In this document: piece after piece, positions 9,769 through 19,172 of the stretch
Numbering within the stretch: position 1 is the first letter of the stretch
How the letters are laid out: every line of letters starts with the position of its first letter
Source: Candidatus Doudnabacteria bacterium RIFCSPHIGHO2_01_FULL_46_14
GTDB taxonomy: Bacteria > Patescibacteriota > Doudnabacteria > UBA920 > 2-01-FULL-46-14
Direction: 5' to 3'
DNA: 42,876 nucleotides
Assembly: GCA_001779925.1 (NCBI GenBank)
Contig: MFEK01000016.1
Coordinates: 464 to 43,339, forward strand
The notes under the pieces: generated by a model
Database searches by the model: none
The model's input: the letters and a program-made list of their open reading frames with translations, nothing else
What the model was told of the DNA's origin: nothing
Position numbers and translations under genes: made by a program

Positions 9769-10944
9769 CTATTCTTTTGCCTCTTCTCCCTGCTTTTTTT
9801 CTTCAACAGGTTCCGCGGCCGCCTCAGGGCTGGCCTCTTCAGATTTTTTTTCAGGTTTTTCGCCGCCGCCGAGATCCTGCCCGGCAATGTCGATTTTCCA
9901 GCCGGTCAGCCTCGCCGCAAGCCGGACATTTTGCCCGGCTTTGCCGATAGCCAGAGACAGCTGGTCTTCCATGACCTCAACCTTGGCTTCCTTATTATTC
10001 TCATCGAGCATCACGTTCAAAATTTTTGCAGGACTTAGCGCGTTGGCAATAAATTTAACATGGTCTTCGTTCCATTCGATAATATCAATTTTTTCGCCGC
10101 CGAGTTCGCTCATCACTGTCTGGACGCGGGTTCCCCGCTGTCCCACGCAGGCACCGATCGGATCAACCCCCTCCTGCCGGCTTTCCACCGCGATCTTGGA
10201 GCGGCTTCCTGCCTCGCGGGCAATGGCCTTTATTTCAATAACCCCATTGAATACCTCTGGCACCTCGATTTCAAATAAGCGCCTGACCATATCCGGATGA
10301 GAGCGCGACAAAGTAATTTTCGGCCCCTTCGGCGTTGGCTCCACGTGCAGAATCAAAACCTTCACGCGCGCGCCGATTTTGTAAGTCTCATCCTTGATCT
10401 GCTCGGAAGGAAACAGCACCCCGGTGGATTTGCCAAGGTCCACGAGAACCGTATCTTTTTCAATCCGCTGAATAACGCCGGTAACAAGCTGGCGCTCTTT
10501 GGCTTTGAACTCGGAGAACATGACATTGCGTTCTGCTTCGCGGAGTTTCTGGATGATGACCTGCTTGGCAGTCTGCGCGGCAATACGGCCAAAATTCGTC
10601 CCGGTTTTCGGGGTAATGTCTGTGCGGATTTCATCGCCGACAGAATAGGATTTTTTTCCGCCAGAGGCGGACCCGTCTTTGGCGGGCTTAATTTTTTTCG
10701 CCTGTTCGAGGAGGATCTCTTTTTGCGGATCAGTGATTTCCGTCTCGACCACAGTTTTTACGTCAAAAATTTTCATGGCCATGGTTTCCGGATCCAGGAC
10801 CACTACCGGGTTTTGATCTTTCTCACCATAGTCTTTGCGAAACGCCGCAGCCAGAGACGCCTCAATCATTTTTAGAACCTCGTCCTTATCCAGGCCTTTT
10901 TCTTCGGCTATTTCATTGAGTGCTGTCAAAAAATCTGGATTCAT
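9769..10944 (-). CDS. nusA: transcription termination/antitermination factor NusA
   Basis: FGRIAAQTAKQVIIQKLREAER, AREAGSRSKIAV, GACVGQRG, LSLAIGKAGQNVRLA. Confidence 0.97.
   Translation of the reverse strand: MNPDFLTALNEIAEEKGLDKDEVLKMIEASLAAAFRKDYGEKDQNPVVVLDPETMAMKIFDVKTVVETEITDPQKEILLEQAKKIKPAKDGSASGGKKSYSVGDEIRTDITPKTGTNFGRIAAQTAKQVIIQKLREAERNVMFSEFKAKERQLVTGVIQRIEKDTVLVDLGKSTGVLFPSEQIKDETYKIGARVKVLILHVEPTPKGPKITLSRSHPDMVRRLFEIEVPEVFNGVIEIKAIAREAGSRSKIAVESRQEGVDPIGACVGQRGTRVQTVMSELGGEKIDIIEWNEDHVKFIANALSPAKILNVMLDENNKEAKVEVMEDQLSLAIGKAGQNVRLAARLTGWKIDIAGQDLGGGEKPEKKSEEASPEAAAEPVEEKKQGEEAKE
10657..10686. repeat. in-frame double-hairpin repeat in nusA (PAKDGSASGG)
   Basis: TCCGCCAGAGGCGGA + CCCGTCTTTGGCGGG; 30 nt; related unit at 41405-41419. 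Confidence 0.7.
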
Positions 10945-10966
10945 AAGTTTTAAGACTTGCTAATCC

Positions 10967-11012
10967 TTACGAATTTACGAATTCGTACATTCGTACTATT
11001 CGTTATTCGTAA
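10967..11012. repeat. inverted array of TACGAAT/ATTCGTA units upstream of nusA
   Basis: TTACGAAT x2 then ATTCGT x4; close relative at 25389-25456. Confidence 0.75.
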
Positions 11013-11052
11013 ATTAAAATTTAAAAAAAGTGCGGTCAAACCACACTGTAAA

Positions 11053-11454
11053 TCAAACATCTTCAATCGCATTCTCAATCAGTTTAACAGATTTGATGGA
11101 ATTGTCAAATGGGTCCATAAGCACCGCCGCGACGTCGATTTGAATGTCCCAATCCGCATATTGCGGATTTTGCTGAAGATAAAGCTTGGCCATCCGCCTT
11201 AGCCTCGTTTGCTTGTGAAAATTCACGGTTTCTTCGACTGGCATGAAATTCTCATTCTTTCTGGTTTTTACCTCGACTATGTATAATCTTGGACCGCGCC
11301 TAGCAACAATATCTATCTCACCGAATTGTTTTTTTCCAAACAGCGCGTAATTGCGCGCCAAAATCTCGAAGCCGTTCTTCTGATATAAATACGCCACCCA
11401 CTGCTCTCCTGCCTCGCCGGATTTCAGACCAGAAAGCTCAGGCGGCTCGAGCAT
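11053..11454 (-). CDS. yraN: YraN family (UPF0102) endonuclease-like protein
   Basis: GEAGE...YL...G.EIL.RN, GEIDIV, VEVKTR. Confidence 0.92.
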   Translation of the reverse strand: MLEPPELSGLKSGEAGEQWVAYLYQKNGFEILARNYALFGKKQFGEIDIVARRGPRLYIVEVKTRKNENFMPVEETVNFHKQTRLRRMAKLYLQQNPQYADWDIQIDVAAVLMDPFDNSIKSVKLIENAIEDV

Positions 11455-11455
11455 T

Positions 11456-11860
11456 TTATCTCTTTAGATATTGTAATTTGACCTGCTCGTCCTGCCATCG
11501 CTCCTGGGCTGATCGATGAACGCGCAGATAAAATCTCGTAATAAACCCGAACCACACCAAACCGACGATGAGCAGCAGCAGAGCGGTGAAATGTGTATAG
11601 ATCCAGGGAATCCGCTCGATCCGGGCGCCATACCAAATACCTAAGAGAATGCCAATGGTTAAAAACAAATGGAATACCCGGCCAAATAAAATTTTCTTGG
11701 GACTGCCGCGTTCCGCCCTCAAAACTATTATTTTCGCGGCAGCTGCGATGATAACGCAGGTAATGGCGAGAACAAAAAAAATATGGTCTGAGCGCGCAAG
11801 ATCAAAAGGATTCGGTCCGAACAAATACCTCTTATCCCACAGTTTTGTGACATCTACCAT
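11456..11860 (-). CDS. three-TM hypothetical membrane protein
   Basis: three hydrophobic helices; abuts yraN. Confidence 0.8.
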   Translation of the reverse strand: MVDVTKLWDKRYLFGPNPFDLARSDHIFFVLAITCVIIAAAAKIIVLRAERGSPKKILFGRVFHLFLTIGILLGIWYGARIERIPWIYTHFTALLLLIVGLVWFGFITRFYLRVHRSAQERWQDEQVKLQYLKR

Positions 11861-11937
11861 TTACCTGCCTAAATTTTTAATACTTAATAGTTTCATATTG
11901 TTGAAGTCTCCACCGAAAAATTTTGGCGGGTAAATAA

Positions 11938-12483
11938 TTATTTAGAATAGAGGAGAGCATAATGAAACGATCCTGCCGGAAGCTCTGCGACCGGCCGTAG
12001 CCCGTTGCTTTCCAAAAGCTTGCGTATCTCTGCTTCTGCAATCCGCTCGGAGACCTGCGGGCCCAAAGCTGAATCTTTTTTCCATTCCACTACCAAAAGC
12101 CGGCCGCCGGTTTTCAGGAGACGATAAGCTTCGCGGATGGCATTTCCTTTATTTTCCAACTGATGCAAAATACTCGACACAATCACCACGTCCGCAATGC
12201 TCCCTTCCAGGTCGCAACTGCCAAGCTTCTCAAGGTTGCATTGGCGCGTGCTGACATTTTGCACACCGACTAAGCGCGCCAAGGTCGCGGTCTGAGAAAG
12301 CGCATCCTCGAGCACGTCAAAAGCGTGGACCAAGCCTTTTTTCCCGACCATGAGCCCGGCACTGGCCGCATAATGGCCGTTGCCGCAGCCGAGGTCCACG
12401 ACAGTCATATCCGGCTCCAGCGGAATCGATTTTAGAAGCGTTTCCGGGTTGAGAAAAGTTCTAGTTTTGGTTGTTGATGTCAT
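11938..12483 (-). CDS. class I SAM-dependent methyltransferase
   Basis: VVDLGCGNG, RLLKTGGRLLVVEW; start placed at the ATG at 12483. Confidence 0.9.
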   Translation of the reverse strand: MTSTTKTRTFLNPETLLKSIPLEPDMTVVDLGCGNGHYAASAGLMVGKKGLVHAFDVLEDALSQTATLARLVGVQNVSTRQCNLEKLGSCDLEGSIADVVIVSSILHQLENKGNAIREAYRLLKTGGRLLVVEWKKDSALGPQVSERIAEAEIRKLLESNGLRPVAELPAGSFHYALLYSK

Positions 12484-13297
12484 AAATTGGGATCGCTCTA
12501 CTGGTAATATTTTGGCACTTCCCTGTAGCTTCGTCAATTTCCAGGAGCACGTAAGAGACCTCGTATCTGCCGTCGTCATCAGGAATCTCTAAGGCAACTT
12601 TTTTCTGCTCCAGATCATGCATTTGAAACCGAGCCAGGGCGGATTTAGTAGTCACGCCGATGACGCTATGTGCCCCTCCTGTCATTCCAATATCCGTGAT
12701 GTAACCAGTGCCGCCGGGCAAAATTTGCGCGTCAGCAGTCGGCACATGCGCATGAGTTCCAACTACGGCCGACATACGTCCGTCTAGCCAAAAACCCATA
12801 GCGCGTTTTTCGCTCGTGGCTTCCGCATGAAAATCCAAAATCTTTATTTTTGGGTCATGGCCAACCTTTTCGAGAATCTCGTTGATCTTGTAAAAGGGGC
12901 TCGTCAGCGGACCTTGGTCGACTTGTTCGCTCATAAATACTTCGCCGAGCAAATTGACCAAAAGAATGCTGTCGTCGCCCACCTCGACAATCTTGTAGCC
13001 GTCTCCGGCAAGGTCAGGCGCGAAATTGGCTGGACGGATGATTTTACCGCCAAACTGCTCCAAAACTTTTTTATATTCAGGCTTGTCATAGATGTGGTTA
13101 CCGGAGGTAAAAAAATCCACCCCACCATCAACAAGGTTTTGTATGGTCGACAAGGTTACACCTTTGCCATGCGCGAGATTTTCAATGTTGGCAATGACTA
13201 TGTCCGGCTGAAGTTCTTTTTTTAGGCCAGGCAAAATCTTTGCGACCGCACTGCGCCCCGGCTTTCCCATGATATCACCGAAGAATAATATTTTCAT
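12461..13297 (-). CDS. ymdB: YmdB-family metallophosphoesterase
   Basis: FGDIMGKPGR, TSGNH, DFHAEATSEK, GTHAHVPTAD; directly downstream of rny. Confidence 0.95.
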   Translation of the reverse strand: MKILFFGDIMGKPGRSAVAKILPGLKKELQPDIVIANIENLAHGKGVTLSTIQNLVDGGVDFFTSGNHIYDKPEYKKVLEQFGGKIIRPANFAPDLAGDGYKIVEVGDDSILLVNLLGEVFMSEQVDQGPLTSPFYKINEILEKVGHDPKIKILDFHAEATSEKRAMGFWLDGRMSAVVGTHAHVPTADAQILPGGTGYITDIGMTGGAHSVIGVTTKSALARFQMHDLEQKKVALEIPDDDGRYEVSYVLLEIDEATGKCQNITSRAIPIYDINNQN

Positions 13298-13316
13298 GAA
13301 TTTCTAATTGCAAAAT

Positions 13317-14840
13317 TTATCTCGCATATTCCACAACTCTCATTTCTCTAATCACCTGGACTTTTATTTCACCGGGGTATTTCAGCTGCTGCTCGATCTT
13401 GCTTGCCACCTCGCGGGCCAGTTTCATTGCTCCCCAATCATCAATTTTCGTGGGTTCCAAAAACACGCGGATCTCGCGGCCGGCCTGAATCGCGTAGCTT
13501 TTTTCCACGCCCGGGAATGAATTGGCCAGATTCTCGAGCTCTTCGAGCCGTTTTACATACTGCTCATAACTGTCTCTGCGTGCACCGGGACGGGCGCCGC
13601 TGATATTATCACAAGCATCAACAATCGCAGCTTCCGGACTCTCATGCGGTACATCGCCGTGGTGCGCCGCGATGCAATTCACGATAATGTCCGGCAGATT
13701 AAATTTCTTGGCAATCTGCACTCCGAGCTCCACGTGCGTGCCTTCCATTTCTTGATCGAGGGCTTTGCCAATGTCATGGAGGAGTGCGCCTTGTTTGACG
13801 ATCAGAGGATCAGCGCCAATTTCTTCAGCGATTATTGCGCCGATCTTGGCCATCTCCGTGGAATGCATGAGCACGTTCTGACCATAGCTGGTACGGAACC
13901 GCAGCCGGCCGATAAGCTGAATGAGTTTTGGCGGAAATGAGGTAATGCCCAGATCATAGACCGCCTGCTCTCCTGCCTCTTTAATCATTTGCCCTACCTC
14001 TTTTTTCGCCTTTTCGTATGCCTCTTCGATTTTTGCCGGATGAATGCGGCCGTCCTGAATTAGTTTTTCAAGCGTAACCTTGGCCACATGGCGACGCACC
14101 GAATTAAAGCCCGAGATAACCACCGTATCCGGCGCTTCATCAACAATCACCTCTACGCCAAGCATCTGTTCAAAGGCCTTGATGTTGCGACCCTCTTTGC
14201 CGATGATCCGGCCTTTCATCTCGTCGTTAGGAATACCCACAGTCGTGGTCGTAGTTTCGCTGGAAACCTCAGCGCTCACCCGTTCGATAGCCTGCGCCAC
14301 AATGTCGCGGGCGGTTTTATCTGCGTCCTCACGCGCCTCAGACATGATCTTTCTGGTCAATCCCAAAAGCTCGTCTTTGACCTGCCGCTCGGTTTGCTCT
14401 AAGAGAACAGTCTTGGCCTCAACTAGGGTCAGCTTGGCGATTTTTTCCAGAGTTTCAATCTGTTTTTGCTTGCCGGTTTCCAGATCTTCCCGGACCTTTT
14501 TGTTTTCTTCCTTTTGTCCCTCAAGATCAGTTTTCTGCTTTTCCATCTGACTGAGTTTGGCGTCTATCTCAGTTTCCTTTTTCTCCAGACGAGTTTCGAT
14601 GCGCAAAATCTGCTGGCGAATCTCAGTCTCCTGCTTTTTTGCCTCTTCAGTTATTTTTATGGCCTGGTCTTTGGCCGAGAGAATGATTTCTTTTTCTTTT
14701 TGTTTGACCTCGTCTAGCAGCTTTTCTGCCTTGTTTTCGGCAGAATCAATCTTGGCTTTAACCTGGGCCTTGCGTACCACGTAACCGACGGCAAAGCCGG
14801 CGACCAGCGCAATCCCTGCGAACAAAAAAAGACTGTTCAT
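13317..14840 (-). CDS. rny: ribonuclease Y
   Basis: N-terminal TM, coiled coil, KH (KGRIIGKEGRNIK), HD domain (LLHDIGKA), YAIQAGREIR. Confidence 0.97.
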   Translation of the reverse strand: MNSLFLFAGIALVAGFAVGYVVRKAQVKAKIDSAENKAEKLLDEVKQKEKEIILSAKDQAIKITEEAKKQETEIRQQILRIETRLEKKETEIDAKLSQMEKQKTDLEGQKEENKKVREDLETGKQKQIETLEKIAKLTLVEAKTVLLEQTERQVKDELLGLTRKIMSEAREDADKTARDIVAQAIERVSAEVSSETTTTTVGIPNDEMKGRIIGKEGRNIKAFEQMLGVEVIVDEAPDTVVISGFNSVRRHVAKVTLEKLIQDGRIHPAKIEEAYEKAKKEVGQMIKEAGEQAVYDLGITSFPPKLIQLIGRLRFRTSYGQNVLMHSTEMAKIGAIIAEEIGADPLIVKQGALLHDIGKALDQEMEGTHVELGVQIAKKFNLPDIIVNCIAAHHGDVPHESPEAAIVDACDNISGARPGARRDSYEQYVKRLEELENLANSFPGVEKSYAIQAGREIRVFLEPTKIDDWGAMKLAREVASKIEQQLKYPGEIKVQVIREMRVVEYAR

Positions 14841-14856
14841 ATATTAATGAGTGCAG

Positions 14857-15015
14857 TCTGCAACAGTAAAAAGCCTATAATTACCCGGAAGAACCAAAAA
14901 AGCCGTGATTAGCGGTTTGTATGAATTATCGTGTTTGGTTCCAAGTAATGAAAAGTCATGGGATTAAGCAGAACATGCTGTATTCGCAAGTATTTCTGAC
15001 TTCTAACTGTACAGA
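14857..15015 (-). ncRNA. candidate structured RNA (possible 6S/SsrS) upstream of rny
   Basis: outer stem TCTGTACAGTTAGAAGTC/GGCTTTTTACTGTTGCAGA; inner stem ATTACTTGGAACCAAA/TTTGGTTCTTCCGGGTAAT; strong promoter just upstream. Confidence 0.4.
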
Positions 15016-15042
15016 TTTATTGAATAATTAAGTACCGATCTC

Positions 15043-15071
15043 AGTATACCGCAAACAATTGAAAATGTCAA
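15043..15071 (-). promoter_or_regulatory. sigma70-type promoter for the rny leader
   Basis: TTGACA-17-TATACT. Confidence 0.75.
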
Positions 15072-15147
15072 AACGAACGAAAGCCTCAAGTAAGTGTACG
15101 ATATTTACTCGAATATTTGAAGCTTCGCAAATTCAAAGTCCCGGACG

Positions 15148-15211
15148 TTAACGGCTAAAACTCGTTTTAGCCGTTAATAAAAGACTCTCCCCATATTGGG
15201 AGAGTCTTTTT
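15148..15211. terminator. tandem hairpins / bidirectional terminator
   Basis: TTAACGGCTAAAAC/GTTTTAGCCGTTAA then AAAAGACTCTCCC/GGGAGAGTCTTTT. Confidence 0.75.
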
Positions 15212-15228
15212 GAAATCGTATTCAAGCT

Positions 15229-16488
15229 CTACTCAACGCCGGATCCTGCCTGGTAAGCGCTTAGATCAGCATTGATGGCACTGCTGATTTTGTAACCAAG
15301 AGCCTCCATGGCCGCGACTGAGGCAAACGGTTTCTTCGTGCCGTCGGAGATGAGATAATAATTCCCGCCGTCGCTGACCAATGTCCCGTCCCGGAATTTG
15401 ACCAGTGAACCGACAGCCAGAGCCATATCCGCATCATTGGCCGGTACAATCTTGTCAAAAGCAAATCCATAGGTAAAAAATACTTCCGCTGACTGAAAAC
15501 CTTTGCGTCCCGAACCAAGAACCCACCACACAGTCCGACCATCGGTCTTATCGAGAACGAGCGCTCCATCAGGATGCACGGCATCGGCTGCGGTAATCGG
15601 ATCTGCGGCGGGATAATCGCTCAAATCCACTGGTATGGCCTGGTTGAATTGGTAACCCAGACCATGAAATATTTCTGCGGAAGTAAAGCCGCGCTTCTTG
15701 CCGTCCGCGATCATATAAATCGTCCGGCCGTCAGTCTTATCCAAAACTAGGGTTCCATCAAGGGCTTTTTCAATTGGCTGCTCTTCGCTGGACAAAGTTT
15801 TGTCAGCGGCGGTTGCCGGAACGGCTTGGCTAAATTTGTAACCGTGTGACATATATTCTTCCGGATTTCTAAACCCGCGCCTTTTCCCGTTAACCACAAG
15901 GTAAATCGTGCCATCATCCAAAATCAAAGTTCCATTCGGATGCGCGCCGGCCGGAGGCTGCGAAACTGCTGGGGCTGGAGGTGGTGCGGCAGGAGGAGCT
16001 GGTGTTGGGGCTGGAGGTGGTGCGGCAGGAGGAGCTGGCGCCGGCGCTGGCGGTGGGGGACTAGCACCTCCTACGGGTCCGGAACCAGACCCGCTAGTGG
16101 TACACCGCGTATCATTTCTCGGCTCAATCACGTAGGTGGTTGTGGCAGTATTGGAAAGGGTAAATGAGGATTCGCTGGCAGTACAGGTGGTATTGTACAC
16201 GCCATCCACCAAAAACATCATCCTTCGCGAGGAGTTGGTGTCTTTCATGGTAAACGTATCGCTGTCGGTACCCAGCTGGACCGTAATAGTGGTAGCTCCG
16301 ACTATGACAGATTCGGCCTTTGATCCGGAGGCAATACTCACAGTCACGCTGGTGCCAACGCTGGTCACAGCCACGCTAGTATCAGCCGTGTAATCTACGG
16401 CCGATTCCACAGCAAACGCTGGAACGGGAAGGGCCAATACAATTACCAGGAAAAATAAGAGATATCTGCGATAAATTATTTTATTCAT
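15229..16488 (-). CDS. secreted surface protein with Pro/Ala linker and four C-terminal repeats
   Basis: signal peptide ending AFA; GTL(I/V)L...IY.I..GK(R/K)RGF repeats resembling those of 3876..6764. Confidence 0.85.
   Translation of the reverse strand: MNKIIYRRYLLFFLVIVLALPVPAFAVESAVDYTADTSVAVTSVGTSVTVSIASGSKAESVIVGATTITVQLGTDSDTFTMKDTNSSRRMMFLVDGVYNTTCTASESSFTLSNTATTTYVIEPRNDTRCTTSGSGSGPVGGASPPPPAPAPAPPAAPPPAPTPAPPAAPPPAPAVSQPPAGAHPNGTLILDDGTIYLVVNGKRRGFRNPEEYMSHGYKFSQAVPATAADKTLSSEEQPIEKALDGTLVLDKTDGRTIYMIADGKKRGFTSAEIFHGLGYQFNQAIPVDLSDYPAADPITAADAVHPDGALVLDKTDGRTVWWVLGSGRKGFQSAEVFFTYGFAFDKIVPANDADMALAVGSLVKFRDGTLVSDGGNYYLISDGTKKPFASVAAMEALGYKISSAINADLSAYQAGSGVE
15970..16038. repeat. 36-nt-period tandem duplication coding the PAPPAAPPPAP linker
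   Basis: 33 identical nt at 15970 and 16006. Confidence 0.8.
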
Positions 16489-16512
16489 GTGGGATTGTTG
16501 GCTAGATCCAAA

Positions 16513-17559
16513 CTAATCTCGGCAGGTGCCTGCAATCACTTTTAGCCCAGTTCCGGCTGTGTCTATATAAACCTTATAAGCCACGTTTTCACGCCACATC
16601 TGAATGCATGAACCTGGGGTAGCAGAGCCTGTTTCTCCTGCCCGATTACCGCCGATTTGCACAGTGGTGGTGGACACTCCGGCCGGAGCCGCCACCCACA
16701 ATGACCCGGCTGTGGTGGAAGCAGTGGTGGTTGCTATGCCAATACTCGTTCCTGAGATAAAAACATTGGTGGCTGTGGTGTTGCCAATCACCTCGCTGTT
16801 TTGCAGGGTAAGATTGCCGGTAACGCTCAAGGCGCTGTCAATGGTCAGGGCGTTGGCGGCTGATCGGTAAACATCCACGTCACCGCCGATGACCAACGCG
16901 GTAGATGAAGCCGTGGCTCCTCTGATATCAAGCGCGCCATACGGCACGGCCGTGCCGATCCCAATTTCGTTCTCATTGGCATTGACCACAAACGTATCGG
17001 TATCCACGACTAAACCGCCTCGCTGCGTGGTCGAGGCCGTGGCACCGGAGCTGTCAATCACGAAATGATTAGTGCCTGCATTCTGCAGAATAAAAGCCGT
17101 GGTCGAAGAAATGTTCATAAGCAATCCTCCGGCGCCAGTGAAACCGCTTAAGAACGCGTTGGATGAGTTATTGATTTGCAAGAGGTTTTGAGCTTGTGAA
17201 GCAGCGCCGGTTATGAGCAAGCCACGCGATCCTGAACCGCCGGTGGTAATCGAGGTAGTGGCAGTCAGAGTAAATCCTGATCCACTAGACGTAGTATCAA
17301 AGGCAAAGATATTGGTGCCCGAGCCGTTTTGGAGGAGGAACGCTGTTGTCGAAGAAACATTGAACAATGCCCCATCAGTGCTGTACAGATCAGCAGACAG
17401 ACTAGTCGCTCCCGTGACGCTTAATGTCCCGTCAGTCGCGATATTCAAATTTAGGGTTGTTACAGCTTTGGCTATGGTAAAAGCCAAAAGCAGAAATAGT
17501 AATGAGGCAATAACCTGACCCAACAGGTTCTGCCTTACAAAGGCAATCGTCTTTCTCAT
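16513..17559 (-). CDS. secreted or anchored Thr/Ser/Gly-rich beta-strand surface protein
   Basis: N-terminal hydrophobic helix; repeated N(V/I)SSTTAF(L/I)LQN; IGIGT and ATTT motifs; C-terminal Cys pair. Confidence 0.8.
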   Translation of the reverse strand: MRKTIAFVRQNLLGQVIASLLFLLLAFTIAKAVTTLNLNIATDGTLSVTGATSLSADLYSTDGALFNVSSTTAFLLQNGSGTNIFAFDTTSSGSGFTLTATTSITTGGSGSRGLLITGAASQAQNLLQINNSSNAFLSGFTGAGGLLMNISSTTAFILQNAGTNHFVIDSSGATASTTQRGGLVVDTDTFVVNANENEIGIGTAVPYGALDIRGATASSTALVIGGDVDVYRSAANALTIDSALSVTGNLTLQNSEVIGNTTATNVFISGTSIGIATTTASTTAGSLWVAAPAGVSTTTVQIGGNRAGETGSATPGSCIQMWRENVAYKVYIDTAGTGLKVIAGTCRD

Positions 17560-17659
17560 ATTTATTTGGTGTTTTTTAAATTAATTAAATTTTTTATTTC
17601 TATAGCTGACCTATATCTCACTTATATTAGATATCATTGTGGAATAAATGTCAATAACC

Positions 17660-17668
17660 TGTGGATAA
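17660..17668 (-). promoter_or_regulatory. consensus DnaA box in a divergent promoter region
   Basis: TGTGGATAA = TTATCCACA; degenerate boxes at 17638-17646 and 17649-17657. Confidence 0.45.
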
Positions 17669-17699
17669 AACAAAAAAAATCTGATAAAATCGAGTAGTT

Positions 17700-19133
17700 A
17701 TGAGAAATTTCCCGATTCTAAAACGCAAAATCAATGGCCAGCGTCTGGTCTATCTTGACAATGCTTCGACAACCCAAAAACCAGAAATTGTGCTTGGAGC
17801 GATGGATAATTTTTACCGCAACCACAATGCCAACATCCACCGCGGGATTCATACCCTGTCGCAGGAAGCGACTGAGCTGTACGAAGGGACGCGGGATAAA
17901 GTTCAGAAATTTATAAACGCTAAGAATCGCGAAGAAATAATCTTTACCAGCGGAGCGACAGAGGCCATCAATCTCGTGGTCTGGACCTGGGGACATGAGA
18001 ATATCCATGCCGGCGACGAGATTCTACTTTCCGAAGCAGAACATCACAGCAACCTCGTGCCTTGGCAGATTCTCGCCAAAAAGAAACGCGCCAAGCTGAA
18101 ATTTATTCCAGTGATTTCACCCCCGCCTTTATCCTCCCCCCTCAAGCCTACCCCAAAACCGAGTACGCTTTTGGGGGACCCCGGCAAGGGGGAGGAACCC
18201 CCCTCCCTTGAGGGGAGGGGTAAGGGGAGGGTGGGGACTTTAGATTTATCAAAATTAGACAAACTCATCACTAGTCGCACAAAGATTGTCTCCACAGCTC
18301 ACGCCTCGAATGTTCTCGGCACTGTAAATCCTATCGAAGAAATCATCCGCGCCGCACACAAGGTTGGCGCCATGGTACTTATTGACGGCGCGCAAGCCGG
18401 CGGGCACATTCCCATCAATGTTCAAAAATTGAACTGTGATTTTTACGTTCTTTCGGGACATAAAATGTACGGACCAACAGGCGTGGGCGTGCTGTATGGC
18501 AAAAAAGAATTGTTAAGTTTGATGCCGCCGTATCAAGCCGGAGGACATATGATTCGCAAAGTCGAACTAGAATCCAGCACTTGGGCTGACCTGCCGCACC
18601 GCTTCGAAGCCGGTACAGCAAATATTGCGGAAGCAATCGGCCTCGGCGCAGCTATAGACTTTTTAACTCTCATTCATAACTCCCCTAACCCCTCTTATCT
18701 TAAGAGGGGGACAAATACACGGACTCTCCCCCTTAAATTAAGGGGGAGATGGAGGGGGTTATTGAAATATGAATCAGAACTTACTGCCTACGCCCTCAAA
18801 CAAATGCAAAAAATTCGCGGGATTGAGATCTACGGCCCCCAAAACAACAAAGACCGCATTGGGGTCATTAGCTTTAATTTAAAAAAAATCCCTCCCCATG
18901 ACCTTGCCTCGATTCTCGACAGCCGCGGCATTGCCATCCGCACCGGCCACCACTGCGCCATGCCTTTGCATGATAAATTGGGAATTGAATCATCTGCGCG
19001 CATCAGCCTCGGCATTTACAATACGAAAAAAAATATTGATGCATTTATTAATGGATTAAAATACGCCCAGCGTATTCTTTCTCCCCCTCGTGAGGGGGAG
19101 ATTAAGAGGGGGTCGCGGAGCAAAAATACATGA
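17700..19133 (+). CDS. sufS: SufS-type cysteine desulfurase carrying repeat-derived insertions
   Basis: YLDNASTTQKP, EHHSNLVPW, SGHKMYGPTG (PLP Lys), RTGHHCAMPL. Confidence 0.95.
   Translation: MRNFPILKRKINGQRLVYLDNASTTQKPEIVLGAMDNFYRNHNANIHRGIHTLSQEATELYEGTRDKVQKFINAKNREEIIFTSGATEAINLVVWTWGHENIHAGDEILLSEAEHHSNLVPWQILAKKKRAKLKFIPVISPPPLSSPLKPTPKPSTLLGDPGKGEEPPSLEGRGKGRVGTLDLSKLDKLITSRTKIVSTAHASNVLGTVNPIEEIIRAAHKVGAMVLIDGAQAGGHIPINVQKLNCDFYVLSGHKMYGPTGVGVLYGKKELLSLMPPYQAGGHMIRKVELESSTWADLPHRFEAGTANIAEAIGLGAAIDFLTLIHNSPNPSYLKRGTNTRTLPLKLRGRWRGLLKYESELTAYALKQMQKIRGIEIYGPQNNKDRIGVISFNLKKIPPHDLASILDSRGIAIRTGHHCAMPLHDKLGIESSARISLGIYNTKKNIDAFINGLKYAQRILSPPREGEIKRGSRSKNT
18118..18233. mobile_element. 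composite palindromic element in frame in sufS (family A pair with nested 42-nt element)
   Basis: first 80 nt match 20800-20879 at 76/80; CAAG repeated 42 nt apart. Confidence 0.9.
18676..18762. mobile_element. 87-nt family A paired-hairpin element in frame in sufS
   Basis: ATAAC..GTTAT ends; hairpins CCCCTCTTA/TAAGAGGGG and TCTCCCCCTTAA/TTAAGGGGGAGA. Confidence 0.85.
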
Positions 19134-19164
19134 CCTCCCCTAACCCCTCCTCATGAGGAGGGGA
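19080..19164. repeat. two family A units spanning the sufS stop and the sufU ribosome-binding region
   Basis: TCTCCCCCTC/GAGGGGGAGA and CCCCTCCTCA/TGAGGAGGGG hairpins. Confidence 0.85.
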
Positions 19165-19172
19165 ATAATACC

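Noticed and set aside
9747-9887. Basic N-terminal extension of the pilin ORF
   Set aside because: Overlaps nusA; the ATG at 9746 has an SD and gives a normal prepilin leader.
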